A DNA stretch of 64,000 bases from a virus, in IMG/VR virus record IMGVR_UViG_3300028394_002659. The stretch is one strand, 5' to 3'. The position numbers and the translations under genes are program-made. Shown one piece after another: positions 30,688-38,646 of the stretch. The notes under the pieces were generated by a model. That model was not told where the DNA came from and made no database searches. It saw only the letters and a program-made list of their open reading frames with translations. Every line of letters begins with the position of its first letter. Position 1 is the first letter of the stretch.

Positions 30688-30718
30688 CAAAAAAAAGCCC
30701 TACACGCAGTAGGGCTTT
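30688..30718 (-). terminator. Intrinsic terminator
   Basis: AAAGCCCTAC-5nt-GTAGGGCTTT followed by a T run. Confidence 0.85.
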
Positions 30719-30740
30719 GGTAGTACTAAAGTATTACTTT

Positions 30741-31346
30741 TTACATAGTGGGTCCGTTACCGCTCTTAAACCCTAATACACCACCTTCTGCTTCGATGCG
30801 TTTATATACATCTTCCAACAAGATTGGTGCAAAGTCTGTCTGCTCCACGCATACACAATGATAGCGAGAGTCAATCTCATTGCCGTATAATACAGTTCCG
30901 GCCTTGGCATCAACACCACGTGCCTTCTTCACACGACTGGCATGCAAGTGTCCGTGTATGTTTACACCAAAGCGGCCCAATGAAGCCTCATGCACAGGGA
31001 TATGACTCAAGATCATTCCGTTCATCACATGGTATGCACGTAACTCACGAAAGTATTCGCGGTACTCGTCATCACGGAAGATGTCGTGATTGCCACGGAT
31101 CAATACTTTGTCCCCGTTCAACCTGGCCAATGTCTTCAAGGCCTTGCGGTTGATAACAACATCACCCAAGTGATACACCTTGTCGTTTGGACGAACACGA
31201 TCGTTCCAGTTTTTGATCATGGCCTCGTCCATCTCGGCAGGATCAGTCCATGGCCGTAATTTCACTTCAGGATCGTCAGGGTGTGTGAAGTGACAGACGC
31301 CGGCGTGTCCGAAGTGTGTGTCACTGACTAAAAATACTGCTGGCAT
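30741..31346 (-). CDS. Calcineurin-like metallophosphoesterase
   Basis: SDTHFGH, HLGD, GNHD, HGHLH. Confidence 0.9.
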   Translation of the reverse strand: MPAVFLVSDTHFGHAGVCHFTHPDDPEVKLRPWTDPAEMDEAMIKNWNDRVRPNDKVYHLGDVVINRKALKTLARLNGDKVLIRGNHDIFRDDEYREYFRELRAYHVMNGMILSHIPVHEASLGRFGVNIHGHLHASRVKKARGVDAKAGTVLYGNEIDSRYHCVCVEQTDFAPILLEDVYKRIEAEGGVLGFKSGNGPTM

Positions 31347-31371
31347 CTTGTGCTCCTTTCTGTAATTGTTA

Positions 31372-31418
31372 ATTATAGCATTTTGGGAATATCTGGTCAA
31401 GTAGTACTAAGTTATTAC
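31372..31418 (-). promoter_or_regulatory. sigma70 promoter with abutting palindromic box
   Basis: TTGACC-17-TATAAT; GTAGTAC-TAAG-TTATTAC at 31401-31418. Confidence 0.75.
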
Positions 31419-31883
31419 TTCTTGCCAGGTATGATCACCCATGTACTTGACCTGCATTAGGTACTGGTAATCTTCTGGCACGCCAGTGTTCCAATCGTCG
31501 GGTCCAGTAAGTACCAGTAGATTTTTGTTATGCCTCTTGTGCCATACCAACCAATAGCAATGACCCATCACGATCTGAAAACTGTATTCTGCGGCATATA
31601 CTGCATCAGTAACATCCAGTCTACGTCGAATGTCATCCGCTTGGCGTTGCAGTACTGTGACCAATTCCATTATGCGATCGTATTCCTGCTGGGCATACAT
31701 CCTGGCATGGTTGATCATCAAGTCCTTTTGCTTCTCAACAGGCACAAGATCAAATGTAGGACCTAGTGTGCTGGTAGCGTAAGGTGTTACATTTCTGTTG
31801 AAAAAATGTACTAGAGTATTGCCAGTGGTGACATCAAAACTTTCACGGCCCTTGGCTGAGTTTGGCTGATCAGAATCCGCCAT
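31407..31883 (-). CDS. Conserved hypothetical protein (DUF2452-like)
   Basis: TPYATS..GP.F, coiled segment, G..YWL, GDHTW. Confidence 0.6.
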   Translation of the reverse strand: MADSDQPNSAKGRESFDVTTGNTLVHFFNRNVTPYATSTLGPTFDLVPVEKQKDLMINHARMYAQQEYDRIMELVTVLQRQADDIRRRLDVTDAVYAAEYSFQIVMGHCYWLVWHKRHNKNLLVLTGPDDWNTGVPEDYQYLMQVKYMGDHTWQEVIT

Positions 31884-32160
31884 ATTCCTTGAAGCGACGA
31901 CGTGGTTCGATGTCCAACTGCTTGTACAGATACTCACGACCGATCAACCGGTGTTCGATCTCTTTGAGAGCCGTGACTACTGCACTGTGTTTAGGACCAT
32001 CAATCTTTGGCTTGTCGCCGCGGCCTAGTTCTCTAGCACGACGAGCACCAATCAGCACTAGGTCGTAACGGTTTTCTACTGCCTCAACTGCGGCTTCATT
32101 GCTGAGCCCCAGTGTTGATTCATATCTGATTGCGTCTTGAATGTTTTGTACGTTATTCAT
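31870..32160 (-). CDS. rpoZ: RNA polymerase omega subunit homolog
   Basis: AVEAVENRYDLVLIGARRAREL...VVTALKEIE. Confidence 0.85.
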   Translation of the reverse strand: MNNVQNIQDAIRYESTLGLSNEAAVEAVENRYDLVLIGARRARELGRGDKPKIDGPKHSAVVTALKEIEHRLIGREYLYKQLDIEPRRRFKEYGGF

Positions 32161-32173
32161 CTTGGTCCTTTGG

Positions 32174-32824
32174 TTAAATGTTAATGTAAAGATGCGGATA
32201 ATCAACTTGAAAGTCAGATAGTGTATAATCAAAATCACAAAGATTACCCCTGCTATCTTGATCAGGATCTAGATCTAATCTAACCAATTTTATGGCTATG
32301 AATAATCTAGTAGATTCTATATTTTCTACACTATGACAACGATTCACGTTGTAACAATACCAATCTTGCTTGAATACATATTGTTCAACAGAATTTATTT
32401 CAGTGTAAGGAATATTTGTAGACACCCCAACAATAGGTTCAACACGATCGTAAAATACAGTTTTTACATCATTGCCACCTAAAGTTATAAAATAGTTCAA
32501 ACCAATTGCTCTAGAACGATCACAATGTGGCGGCAAGCATGCCGGCGTATCTTGTGTGTTTTTCATAATTCCTATCATACCACTAATTTCATGGCGAGGA
32601 AAAAACGATTGGAACTCATCTTTGATCAGTTGTGTTAAAAAATCTGGATTACCAAAATAATGATGCACAGAATTAATTTTATTACCATGAAACTCATCCA
32701 ACCATCGCTTGTGATCTGGATCACACGCATAGGAATCAGCATAACTTTGTACTGCATTGATCAAATCGATTGACGGTGCAGGCAAATTAATTTTGATCAC
32801 ATTACCAGTCTGTATGTTATTCAT
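32174..32824 (-). CDS. Putative cupin/2OG-Fe(II) oxygenase-like protein
   Basis: PPHCD...HSVE..R facial-triad pattern. Confidence 0.5.
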   Translation of the reverse strand: MNNIQTGNVIKINLPAPSIDLINAVQSYADSYACDPDHKRWLDEFHGNKINSVHHYFGNPDFLTQLIKDEFQSFFPRHEISGMIGIMKNTQDTPACLPPHCDRSRAIGLNYFITLGGNDVKTVFYDRVEPIVGVSTNIPYTEINSVEQYVFKQDWYCYNVNRCHSVENIESTRLFIAIKLVRLDLDPDQDSRGNLCDFDYTLSDFQVDYPHLYINI

Positions 32825-33119
32825 CTTGGTGCTTTGATAATCCGTTTAAGTGTCTATCTTTGATCTCTTCCAGATCTTGGAACAGTCGCTTTTCTTGTGT
32901 TGTAAGTCGATCCTTGTGTGTCTTGCGTGGGTTACCGCATAAAAAACAACCGGGGTTGCCACAATCCATGGCATGGTGTTTGGCCAGTCTATGTGGTTGT
33001 TTAAGATTTGCCTGATTGTATGTATTGTGTGATCGGGCAATCTTTACTTGCCTGGAAATTGCCACATCTGTTTTGTGGCGACGTTTGGAGTTTAAGTATC
33101 GGGCTAGATCGTTGCTCAT
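32817..33119 (-). CDS. Basic Cys/His-rich hypothetical protein
   Basis: KHHAMDCGNPGCFLCGNPR. Confidence 0.7.
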   Translation of the reverse strand: MSNDLARYLNSKRRHKTDVAISRQVKIARSHNTYNQANLKQPHRLAKHHAMDCGNPGCFLCGNPRKTHKDRLTTQEKRLFQDLEEIKDRHLNGLSKHQDE

Positions 33120-33135
33120 ATACACCTGTGTAATA

Positions 33136-33174
33136 ATGTAGAACTATTGTAACATAGTCCTACATCATTGTCAA
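33136..33174 (-). promoter_or_regulatory. sigma70 promoter overlapped by inverted repeat
   Basis: TTGACA-17-TACAAT; ATGTAGAACTAT-6-ATAGTCCTACAT. Confidence 0.7.
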
Positions 33175-33175
33175 G

Positions 33176-33304
33176 TTACAATGGCTGATATTCTTCTTTA
33201 CCGCAACCACACTCTGGACAGTTGTAGTATTTTGGCAAATCTTCAAACTTGCCATCTGTCTCTTCATTATGGACATGTCCACATACAGTGCATACGTATT
33301 CCAT
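33176..33304 (-). CDS. Rubredoxin, 42 aa (not in ORF track)
   Basis: MEYVCTVCGHVHNEETDGKFEDLPKYYNCPECGCGKEEYQPL; two CxxC motifs. Confidence 0.9.
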   Translation of the reverse strand: MEYVCTVCGHVHNEETDGKFEDLPKYYNCPECGCGKEEYQPL

Positions 33305-33313
33305 GGTAATTCC

Positions 33314-33751
33314 TTATTGTGCTTCTTTGTGAGCAGTCAATGCTTTGGTAAAGCGATTGGCATGTGAACGTTCGGCCTTGGCCAGGGTTTCAAACCAGTC
33401 AGCAATTTCGTCCAAGCCTTCGTCTCTAGCAGTTTTTGCCATGCCAGGATACATGTCGGTGTACTCATGTGTTTCGCCGTGTATGGCTGATTCCAGTGCT
33501 TCAGCAGTGGTCTTGGCTGTCATTCCTGTGGCAGGATCTCCAGAACCACCATCAATCAAGTATTCCATGTGACCATGTGCGTGTCCTGTTTCACCTTCGG
33601 CTGTGCTACGGAACAGGGCTGAAATGTCATTGTCGCCGGCCACGTCGGCCATGTTTGCAAAATATAGATAGCGGCGATTGGCTTGGCTTTCACCGGCAAA
33701 TGCCGCTTTCAAGTTTTGTTCGGTAAGTGTACCTTTTACAGATTGTGTCAT
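33314..33751 (-). CDS. rbr: Rubrerythrin (short, ferritin-like domain only)
   Basis: [32 protein letters not shown]. Confidence 0.92.
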   Translation of the reverse strand: MTQSVKGTLTEQNLKAAFAGESQANRRYLYFANMADVAGDNDISALFRSTAEGETGHAHGHMEYLIDGGSGDPATGMTAKTTAEALESAIHGETHEYTDMYPGMAKTARDEGLDEIADWFETLAKAERSHANRFTKALTAHKEAQ

Positions 33752-33843
33752 ATTTCCTCCTTGTAGACAACACTATTATATAGTATAGTTGTAGCCTAAG
33801 TCAAGAGGTTTTGCCATTGAATTTTTCTATGTCAGCAATAGTA

Positions 33844-34695
33844 TCATGCCACTCTGGAAGTGCTAACAAGACAAGTTCTATGCATAACACGTGGACAGTC
33901 ATCTGGGGTACCGGTGGCCAAATGCATCAATGAACGATTGTCCCAAAACACAATATCAAATGGTTTCCATTTGTGTCGATAAACATATTGTGGCTTGGTG
34001 GTATGCTCGAATAAAAATTGCAAAAGTTCTTGACCTTGTTGTTCGGGCAAGCCATCAATCCTGGAAGTAAAATGTGGGTTTACTAACAAAGTCTTAAACC
34101 CACCTACTGGATGTTGTTGTACAATAGATTGCAGGCGAGGGGGATTTTTAGCCCGCTGTTCTGTAGATAGATCTGGACGATAGGGATTTTGAGATTGTAA
34201 TTCGTCGTACTTATGATAATACACATGCTCGGCTCGCAGGCCTTGCAGTTGTTGTTTCATGTCTGTACTGAGACCATCATATGCGGCTTGTTGATCAGCA
34301 AACAGGGTATCTCCACCTTGAGCAGGTAACACCTGAGCATGCAAAAATGCTCCTGCATACGGGTATTCTTTCCAACTGCTGTCAGAGTGCCAGTATAGTC
34401 CTGCATCTCGAATACCAATGGGCCGAGAATCTTTGATTACATTGCTCACCACCAGCACTTCAGGATGCCCCGGCAAAGGATAATCTAGTACAGGATGATT
34501 ATATGTTGATAGATTACCAAAATTGCTAGAAAGAGCAATAAGTTGGTCAGGGGTGATTGGTTGATCACGAAATATCAACAAATGCTCTTGAAGATGAATT
34601 GATTTTAATTCAGCAACTACGTTGTCTTCAAGCGGTTGAGAACAATCAAGACCTATGACTTCTGCGCCAAATGGTCGTAGTTTAGTAATCTGCAT
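33844..34695 (-). CDS. TauD/TfdA family 2OG-Fe(II) dioxygenase
   Basis: WHSD, GGDTLFAD, WDNRSLMH, R.MHR. Confidence 0.92.
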   Translation of the reverse strand: MQITKLRPFGAEVIGLDCSQPLEDNVVAELKSIHLQEHLLIFRDQPITPDQLIALSSNFGNLSTYNHPVLDYPLPGHPEVLVVSNVIKDSRPIGIRDAGLYWHSDSSWKEYPYAGAFLHAQVLPAQGGDTLFADQQAAYDGLSTDMKQQLQGLRAEHVYYHKYDELQSQNPYRPDLSTEQRAKNPPRLQSIVQQHPVGGFKTLLVNPHFTSRIDGLPEQQGQELLQFLFEHTTKPQYVYRHKWKPFDIVFWDNRSLMHLATGTPDDCPRVMHRTCLVSTSRVA

Positions 34696-34730
34696 GATGC
34701 AATTATTTATCTACACTGATATTGTTATAA

Positions 34731-35054
34731 TTATTCAGGATCGACTTGGGCACTGATGATCATTGCCGGAAATTCAAGTCCTTGGCCTAAATTTCCTGCT
34801 GAAACAAGATCAGCCCAGGCTTGTGCTGTGGCTAGATCTGGCCAGGACCGAACCACAGATCTTGGTGAGCTTTCAGACACGCTTTCAACAACTGATTCAC
34901 TAACAACATTATTACTTGAAACTCCGTGCGTTGTTGCAAATGTTTCTAAAACTGATTGTGCTTGTGCTTGGAAGACAGATATTGCTGTTGTAAAATCGCT
35001 TCCAGATAAGTTATGATGGGCAAATCCCCCGTTGACTACAGTAGTTGTACGCAT
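34731..35054 (-). CDS. Hypothetical late protein
   Basis: TATAAATA (35079-35086) and AGGAG upstream. Confidence 0.7.
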   Translation of the reverse strand: MRTTTVVNGGFAHHNLSGSDFTTAISVFQAQAQSVLETFATTHGVSSNNVVSESVVESVSESSPRSVVRSWPDLATAQAWADLVSAGNLGQGLEFPAMIISAQVDPE

Positions 35055-35135
35055 GATAATCTCCTATATGCTTTGAAGTATTTATACTAGACAACCCAAT
35101 AAGGTCCAAGAGTTATGTATTATCAATTACCAATT

Positions 35136-35209
35136 TGGAGCGGGATACGAGAATCGAACTCGTCACTAAACCTTGGCAAGGTTTCGAGATACCACTTCAC
35201 CAATCCCGC
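35136..35209 (-). tRNA. tRNA-Gly(GCC)
   Basis: Cloverleaf, anticodon loop TTGCCAA, CCA. Confidence 0.95.
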
Positions 35210-35290
35210 ATTTGAGAAAAACCCTGTCGTATGTGCCAACTTCCGGGAGTGGCCAGCACACAGAGGACAGAGCCGTGTTGCTTTCGCTTG

Positions 35291-35764
35291 TTAGGCTGCA
35301 CGTAGACCTTTGAATCGATCTGCGGCATATGAAGCCGCAAACGCATCAGGTTTGACAAAAGGTATAACATTACACACACCCTTGATGTAACCAATGGCCT
35401 GTGAAATCACACAACTTGATCCATGCATTTCGTTGGGATTGATGTCCAGGTGAACTTCAACTTCACGCCCTTCTAGTACTTCGGCCAGTTTTAGGTACAA
35501 TTCGCTTACTTTGTACACTTCGGTCATGAGCCGCAAACTGGGGCGACTGGCTCGTTGATCCCAGTCACGCTCACGTTGCACTTCACCAAACAATTTGCAA
35601 CCGTTGTTGCCGTTGATATGAACCACGATAGCCAGCACATAGTCAGCATGCCAAGCACCGTCAACTTTGATACGTTCACTATCACAACCAAGATAGATTC
35701 GAGTTTCGGGTGTTTGAGTCCGAATGAATTCTGCCACTTGGTCAATGTCTAGTTTTTTCATCAT
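35291..35764 (-). CDS. RNase H-like YkuK/DUF458 family protein
   Basis: IYLGCDS, RLMTEV, EVHLDIN, KPDAFAASYAAD. Confidence 0.8.
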   Translation of the reverse strand: MMKKLDIDQVAEFIRTQTPETRIYLGCDSERIKVDGAWHADYVLAIVVHINGNNGCKLFGEVQRERDWDQRASRPSLRLMTEVYKVSELYLKLAEVLEGREVEVHLDINPNEMHGSSCVISQAIGYIKGVCNVIPFVKPDAFAASYAADRFKGLRAA

Positions 35765-35804
35765 TTGCCTTCTATTTAACCTGATAAACATTACAGTTTT
35801 ATTA

Positions 35805-35881
35805 TGGTGCCCCAAGAGAGACTCGAACTCTCAAAATTTGGCTTCTAAGACCAACACGTATACCAATTCCGTCATCGGGGC
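35805..35881 (-). tRNA. tRNA-Leu(TAG), short variable loop
   Basis: Loop CTTAGAA; 77 nt; CCA. Confidence 0.9.
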
Positions 35882-35888
35882 TGAATAC

Positions 35889-35962
35889 TGGCACGGGAAC
35901 TAGGGCTCGAACCTAGAATGACAGAGTCAAAGTCTGTAGTGTTACCATTACACTATTCCCGA
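35889..35962 (-). tRNA. tRNA-Gln(TTG)
   Basis: Loop CTTTGAC; CCA. Confidence 0.93.
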
Positions 35963-35972
35963 ACAAAAAACT

Positions 35973-36047
35973 TGGTGGATGAGAGTAGAGTCGAACTACC
36001 ACTTAACTCCGTATGAAGGAGGCGCACTACCATTATGCTACTCATCC
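35973..36047 (-). tRNA. tRNA-Met/Ile2(CAT)
   Basis: Loop TTCATAC; CCA. Confidence 0.88.
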
Positions 36048-36049
36048 AT

Positions 36050-36125
36050 TGGGGTGTCTGATGGGGATCGAACCCACGCATATCGGGATCACAACCCGAG
36101 GCCTTACCACTTGGCGACAGACACC
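36050..36125 (-). tRNA. tRNA-His(GTG)
   Basis: Loop TTGTGAT; G-1:C73; CCA. Confidence 0.95.
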
Positions 36126-36131
36126 GTTGAT

Positions 36132-36208
36132 TGGCCGGTCCTGAGAGATTTGAACTCCCAACTTCCAGTTTCGAAGACTGGCACTCTATCCAATTGAGTT
36201 AAGGACCG
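36132..36208 (-). tRNA. tRNA-Arg(TCG)
   Basis: Loop CTTCGAA; CCA. Confidence 0.93.
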
Positions 36209-36213
36209 CTTAA

Positions 36214-36321
36214 CATAAGCAAACACACTACATCCAGCGAACCCATCTGCTGGCTTAGTTATTAATCGCTACAGGGTAACCGGAACCCTTCGCTGAGGCG
36301 TTAGTAATGTGTTTGCTTATG
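36214..36321 (-). ncRNA. Unassigned structured RNA, element A
   Basis: 18-bp closing stem; interior motifs shared with 38357-38421. Confidence 0.55.
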
Positions 36322-36393
36322 GTAGGGGTGCTCGGGAACGATCCGAGTTTTACTGGTTAAAAGCCAGTTACTTCACCTTAAAGTTTCACCCCC
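36320..36393 (-). tRNA. tRNA-Lys(TTT)
   Basis: Loop CTTTTAA; atypical T-loop ATCGTTC; CCA. Confidence 0.9.
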
Positions 36394-36444
36394 GCTATCT
36401 TATCACTCTTGTCACTTGTCATGACAGATCTCCTTTTAAAAAAT

Positions 36445-36518
36445 TGGTAGCCAGAACAAGAATTGAACTTGTAATAATCGCTTATCAAGCGACCGTTATA
36501 CCATTTAACTATCCGGCT
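36445..36518 (-). tRNA. tRNA-Ile(GAT)
   Basis: Loop TTGATAA; CCA. Confidence 0.93.
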
Positions 36519-36530
36519 ATAAATATGCGT

Positions 36531-36761
36531 ATGATTACCGCTGACGACGCTATGATATTCCTGTCCCAAGAGGCACAAGGTGTTTATCAACAACGATTTT
36601 ATTCCACCACAACTCGCAAGTTCACTCTCAATACCATGCTGATCAACCCACCTAAAGAGTTCAAACTTGATACTACGTTTGTGGTGCCTCCTCCAGGTTC
36701 CGACCCTGGTTCCCTGGATTTTCAGTCCAGTGCTATGACCACATCAGCTAAAGAGGCGTAA
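36531..36761 (+). CDS. 76-aa ORF antisense to the tRNA array, overlapping tRNA-Phe
   Basis: TATAAATA at 36518-36525, ATG 5 nt later. Confidence 0.45.
   Translation: MITADDAMIFLSQEAQGVYQQRFYSTTTRKFTLNTMLINPPKEFKLDTTFVVPPPGSDPGSLDFQSSAMTTSAKEA
36682..36757 (-). tRNA. tRNA-Phe(GAA)
   Basis: Loop CTGAAAA; atypical T-loop GTCGGAA; CCA. Confidence 0.9.
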
Positions 36762-36837
36762 TGGTACATCCTGACGGGCTCGAACCGCCGACAGCCTCGG
36801 TGTAAACGAGGAACTCTACCAACTGAGTTAAGGATGC
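36762..36837 (-). tRNA. tRNA-Val(TAC)
   Basis: Loop TTTACAC; CCA. Confidence 0.95.
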
Positions 36838-36842
36838 ATGTT

Positions 36843-36930
36843 TGGCGGAAGCGGTGAGATTCGAACTCACGGTACCTTTCGATACGCTGGTTTTCAAGAC
36901 CAGAGCCATAGACCACTCGACCACACTTCC
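36843..36930 (-). tRNA. tRNA-Ser(TGA)
   Basis: Loop CTTGAAA; long variable arm; CCA. Confidence 0.95.
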
Positions 36931-36936
36931 TAATTT

Positions 36937-37014
36937 TGGAATAGCGGGTGAGATTCGAACTCACGATTTTAGGGATTTGCAATCCCTTGCATTTGACCAC
37001 TCTGCCACCGCTAT
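36937..37014 (-). tRNA. tRNA-Cys(GCA)
   Basis: Loop TTGCAAA; U73; CCA. Confidence 0.93.
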
Positions 37015-37018
37015 ATAT

Positions 37019-37095
37019 TGGTCCGAGTAGTAGGATTCAAACCTACGACCCTCTGGTCCCAAACCAGATGCGCTATCAGGCTGCGCTATACTCGG
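37019..37095 (-). tRNA. tRNA-Pro(TGG)
   Basis: Loop TTTGGGA; CCA. Confidence 0.95.
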
Positions 37096-37334
37096 TTAAT
37101 TTTTTTCTTGATCCACATGCCGAACAATGTACCACAGTAGGCACCTGCCAGGGCTGGAATTAATGCCCAGTGATCTTCGGTGTAGTTGATCACTGCCACA
37201 CTGGCTGTGAATGTCACAGCCACAGACCACCATGCGGCCATCATGGCACGATCATCCTGAATTGACTTTACAAAGTAAACATAAATCAAATCAGTGGCAA
37301 ACACTGCCGCAAAAGTTATGAAGTAGGTCCACAT
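37086..37334 (-). CDS. Small membrane protein
   Basis: Three hydrophobic helices; stop lies inside the tRNA-Pro 5' end. Confidence 0.7.
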   Translation of the reverse strand: MWTYFITFAAVFATDLIYVYFVKSIQDDRAMMAAWWSVAVTFTASVAVINYTEDHWALIPALAGAYCGTLFGMWIKKKINRV

Positions 37335-37335
37335 G

Positions 37336-37563
37336 TTATTTCTTGGTTAATGGAGATTCTTGTGTTTTTTCTATCTCCGGCGGTTCTTCAAATCTTGCAT
37401 TGCCACCAAGTCCTTTCCAACTGTCTTCTGTGAAGATTCTAATGGGTCGCCAGTGTCGAGCAATGATGTTGTTGATTACAACAAGACCAATTACCACAAC
37501 AACAAAGCCTAGTGCTGTCAAAACACTACCGGCTAGAAACACTGCCGCTTGATCCATGTCCAT
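37336..37563 (-). CDS. Small membrane protein
   Basis: One TM helix; SD AAGGA. Confidence 0.7.
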   Translation of the reverse strand: MDMDQAAVFLAGSVLTALGFVVVVIGLVVINNIIARHWRPIRIFTEDSWKGLGGNARFEEPPEIEKTQESPLTKK

Positions 37564-37580
37564 AAGTTTTTCCTTAATTT

Positions 37581-37654
37581 TGGAGCGGGATAGCGGAATC
37601 GAACCGCTGACTCTAACTTGGAAGGATAGGGTAATACCATTTTACGAATCCCGC
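37581..37654 (-). tRNA. tRNA-Gly(TCC)
   Basis: Loop CTTCCAA; CCA. Confidence 0.92.
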
Positions 37655-37663
37655 TTGTTGTAT

Positions 37664-37692
37664 ATTATACTGTGTATAGACAGTTTAGTCAA
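37664..37692 (-). promoter_or_regulatory. sigma70 promoter inside tRNA array
   Basis: TTGACT-17-TATAAT. Confidence 0.8.
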
Positions 37693-37705
37693 TGACTTTG
37701 AATAC

Positions 37706-37779
37706 TGGAGCGGAATACCAGAATCGAACTGGTGACATGACCTTGGCAAGGTCGCGTTTTACCCCTAAACTAATTCCGC
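37706..37779 (-). tRNA. tRNA-Gly(GCC), second copy
   Basis: Loop TTGCCAA; CCA. Confidence 0.93.
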
Positions 37780-37784
37780 ATAAG

Positions 37785-37860
37785 TGGTGCCCCCACCATG
37801 ATTCGAACACGGCACCTACTGATTACAAATCAGTTGCTCTACCGAATGAGCTATAGGGGC
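37785..37860 (-). tRNA. tRNA-Thr(TGT)
   Basis: Loop TTTGTAA; CCA. Confidence 0.95.
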
Positions 37861-37866
37861 AAATTT

Positions 37867-37942
37867 TGGCTCCTCAGGGTGGGATCGAACCACCGACACC
37901 TTGATTAACAGTCAAGTGCAACTACCGCTGTGCTACTGAGGA
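37867..37942 (-). tRNA. tRNA-Asn(GTT)
   Basis: Loop CTGTTAA; CCA. Confidence 0.95.
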
Positions 37943-37950
37943 ATAAACTT

Positions 37951-38040
37951 TGGCGGAACGTTAGGGAGTCGAACCCTATCAACAGCGTTAACCATTGTAC
38001 AGATTAGCAATCTGCTGCCTTACCATCCGGCCCACGTTCC
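37951..38040 (-). tRNA. tRNA-Ser(GCT)
   Basis: Loop TTGCTAA; long variable arm; CCA. Confidence 0.95.
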
Positions 38041-38048
38041 TCTATACT

Positions 38049-38077
38049 ATTATATAGTTAACACCTCATGGTGTCAA
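38049..38077 (-). promoter_or_regulatory. Perfect sigma70 promoter inside tRNA array
   Basis: TTGACA-17-TATAAT. Confidence 0.85.
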
Positions 38078-38085
38078 CAGTTATT

Positions 38086-38171
38086 TGGTGGAGAGTCAGG
38101 GATTCGAACCCCGTATACCGTAAGGTGGAAGATTTACAGTCTCCTGAAGTCGCCAATGCTTCTCACTCTCC
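38086..38171 (-). tRNA. tRNA-Tyr(GTA)
   Basis: Loop CTGTAAA; long variable arm; CCA. Confidence 0.93.
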
Positions 38172-38175
38172 AATT

Positions 38176-38250
38176 TGGTGGACCGTCCCGGGTTCGAACC
38201 GGGGACTGAGGCTTGCAAAGCCACTGTGTTCCCAACTATACCAACAGCCC
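38176..38250 (-). tRNA. tRNA-Ala(TGC)
   Basis: Loop TTTGCAA; G3.U70; CCA. Confidence 0.93.
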
Positions 38251-38257
38251 AATTATT

Positions 38258-38334
38258 TGGCGACTCCGAAAGGATTTGAACCTCTGACATTTGGTTTTGG
38301 AGACCAACGTTCTGCCGGACTGAACTACGGAGCC
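38258..38334 (-). tRNA. tRNA-Trp(CCA)
   Basis: Loop CTCCAAA; G73; CCA. Confidence 0.93.
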
Positions 38335-38356
38335 ATCAACACACTGTTGCCAATGT

Positions 38357-38421
38357 GCGTATCGAAACACTCTACATGGATGAACCCACTTGCCTTGAGG
38401 CCTGAGAATGCTTCGATACGC
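38357..38421 (-). ncRNA. Unassigned structured RNA, element B (homolog of A)
   Basis: 17-bp stem enclosing GCCTCA..GCA..TGGGTTC..ATGTAG. Confidence 0.55.
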
Positions 38422-38520
38422 TCGGTTTTTTTTGTGTACAAAAACACAAGCCATCCCCGAGGCCGCCCATTTGCAGTTTTGAGTGATACCGGCTCGCGTT
38501 GCCTTGCACTTTGATAACGA

Positions 38521-38568
38521 TCATTGAACGTTATTGTGAATCCATTGCCAATACTCTTCTGTTGTCAT
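38521..38568 (-). CDS. 15-aa micro-ORF MTTEEYWQWIHNNVQ
   Basis: Strong SD AAGGAG 7 nt upstream. Confidence 0.45.
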   Translation of the reverse strand: MTTEEYWQWIHNNVQ

Positions 38569-38585
38569 TCTAGTTCTCCTTAAAA

Positions 38586-38620
38586 ACAAAAAACCCTGGA
38601 GTTTTTAGTTCCAGGGTCTT
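38586..38620 (-). terminator. Intrinsic terminator of putative attenuator 1
   Basis: ACCCTGGA-9nt-TCCAGGGT followed by TTTTTGTTTTT. Confidence 0.85.
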
Positions 38621-38646
38621 TGAATTAGATACGATTGCGTACTACG

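Noticed and set aside
35805-36930. tRNAs with TAG and TGA anticodons as stop suppressors / genetic recoding
   Set aside because: They read CTA (Leu) and TCA (Ser). No CTA, TCA or TTA anticodon was found, and genes are intact in the standard code using all three stops.
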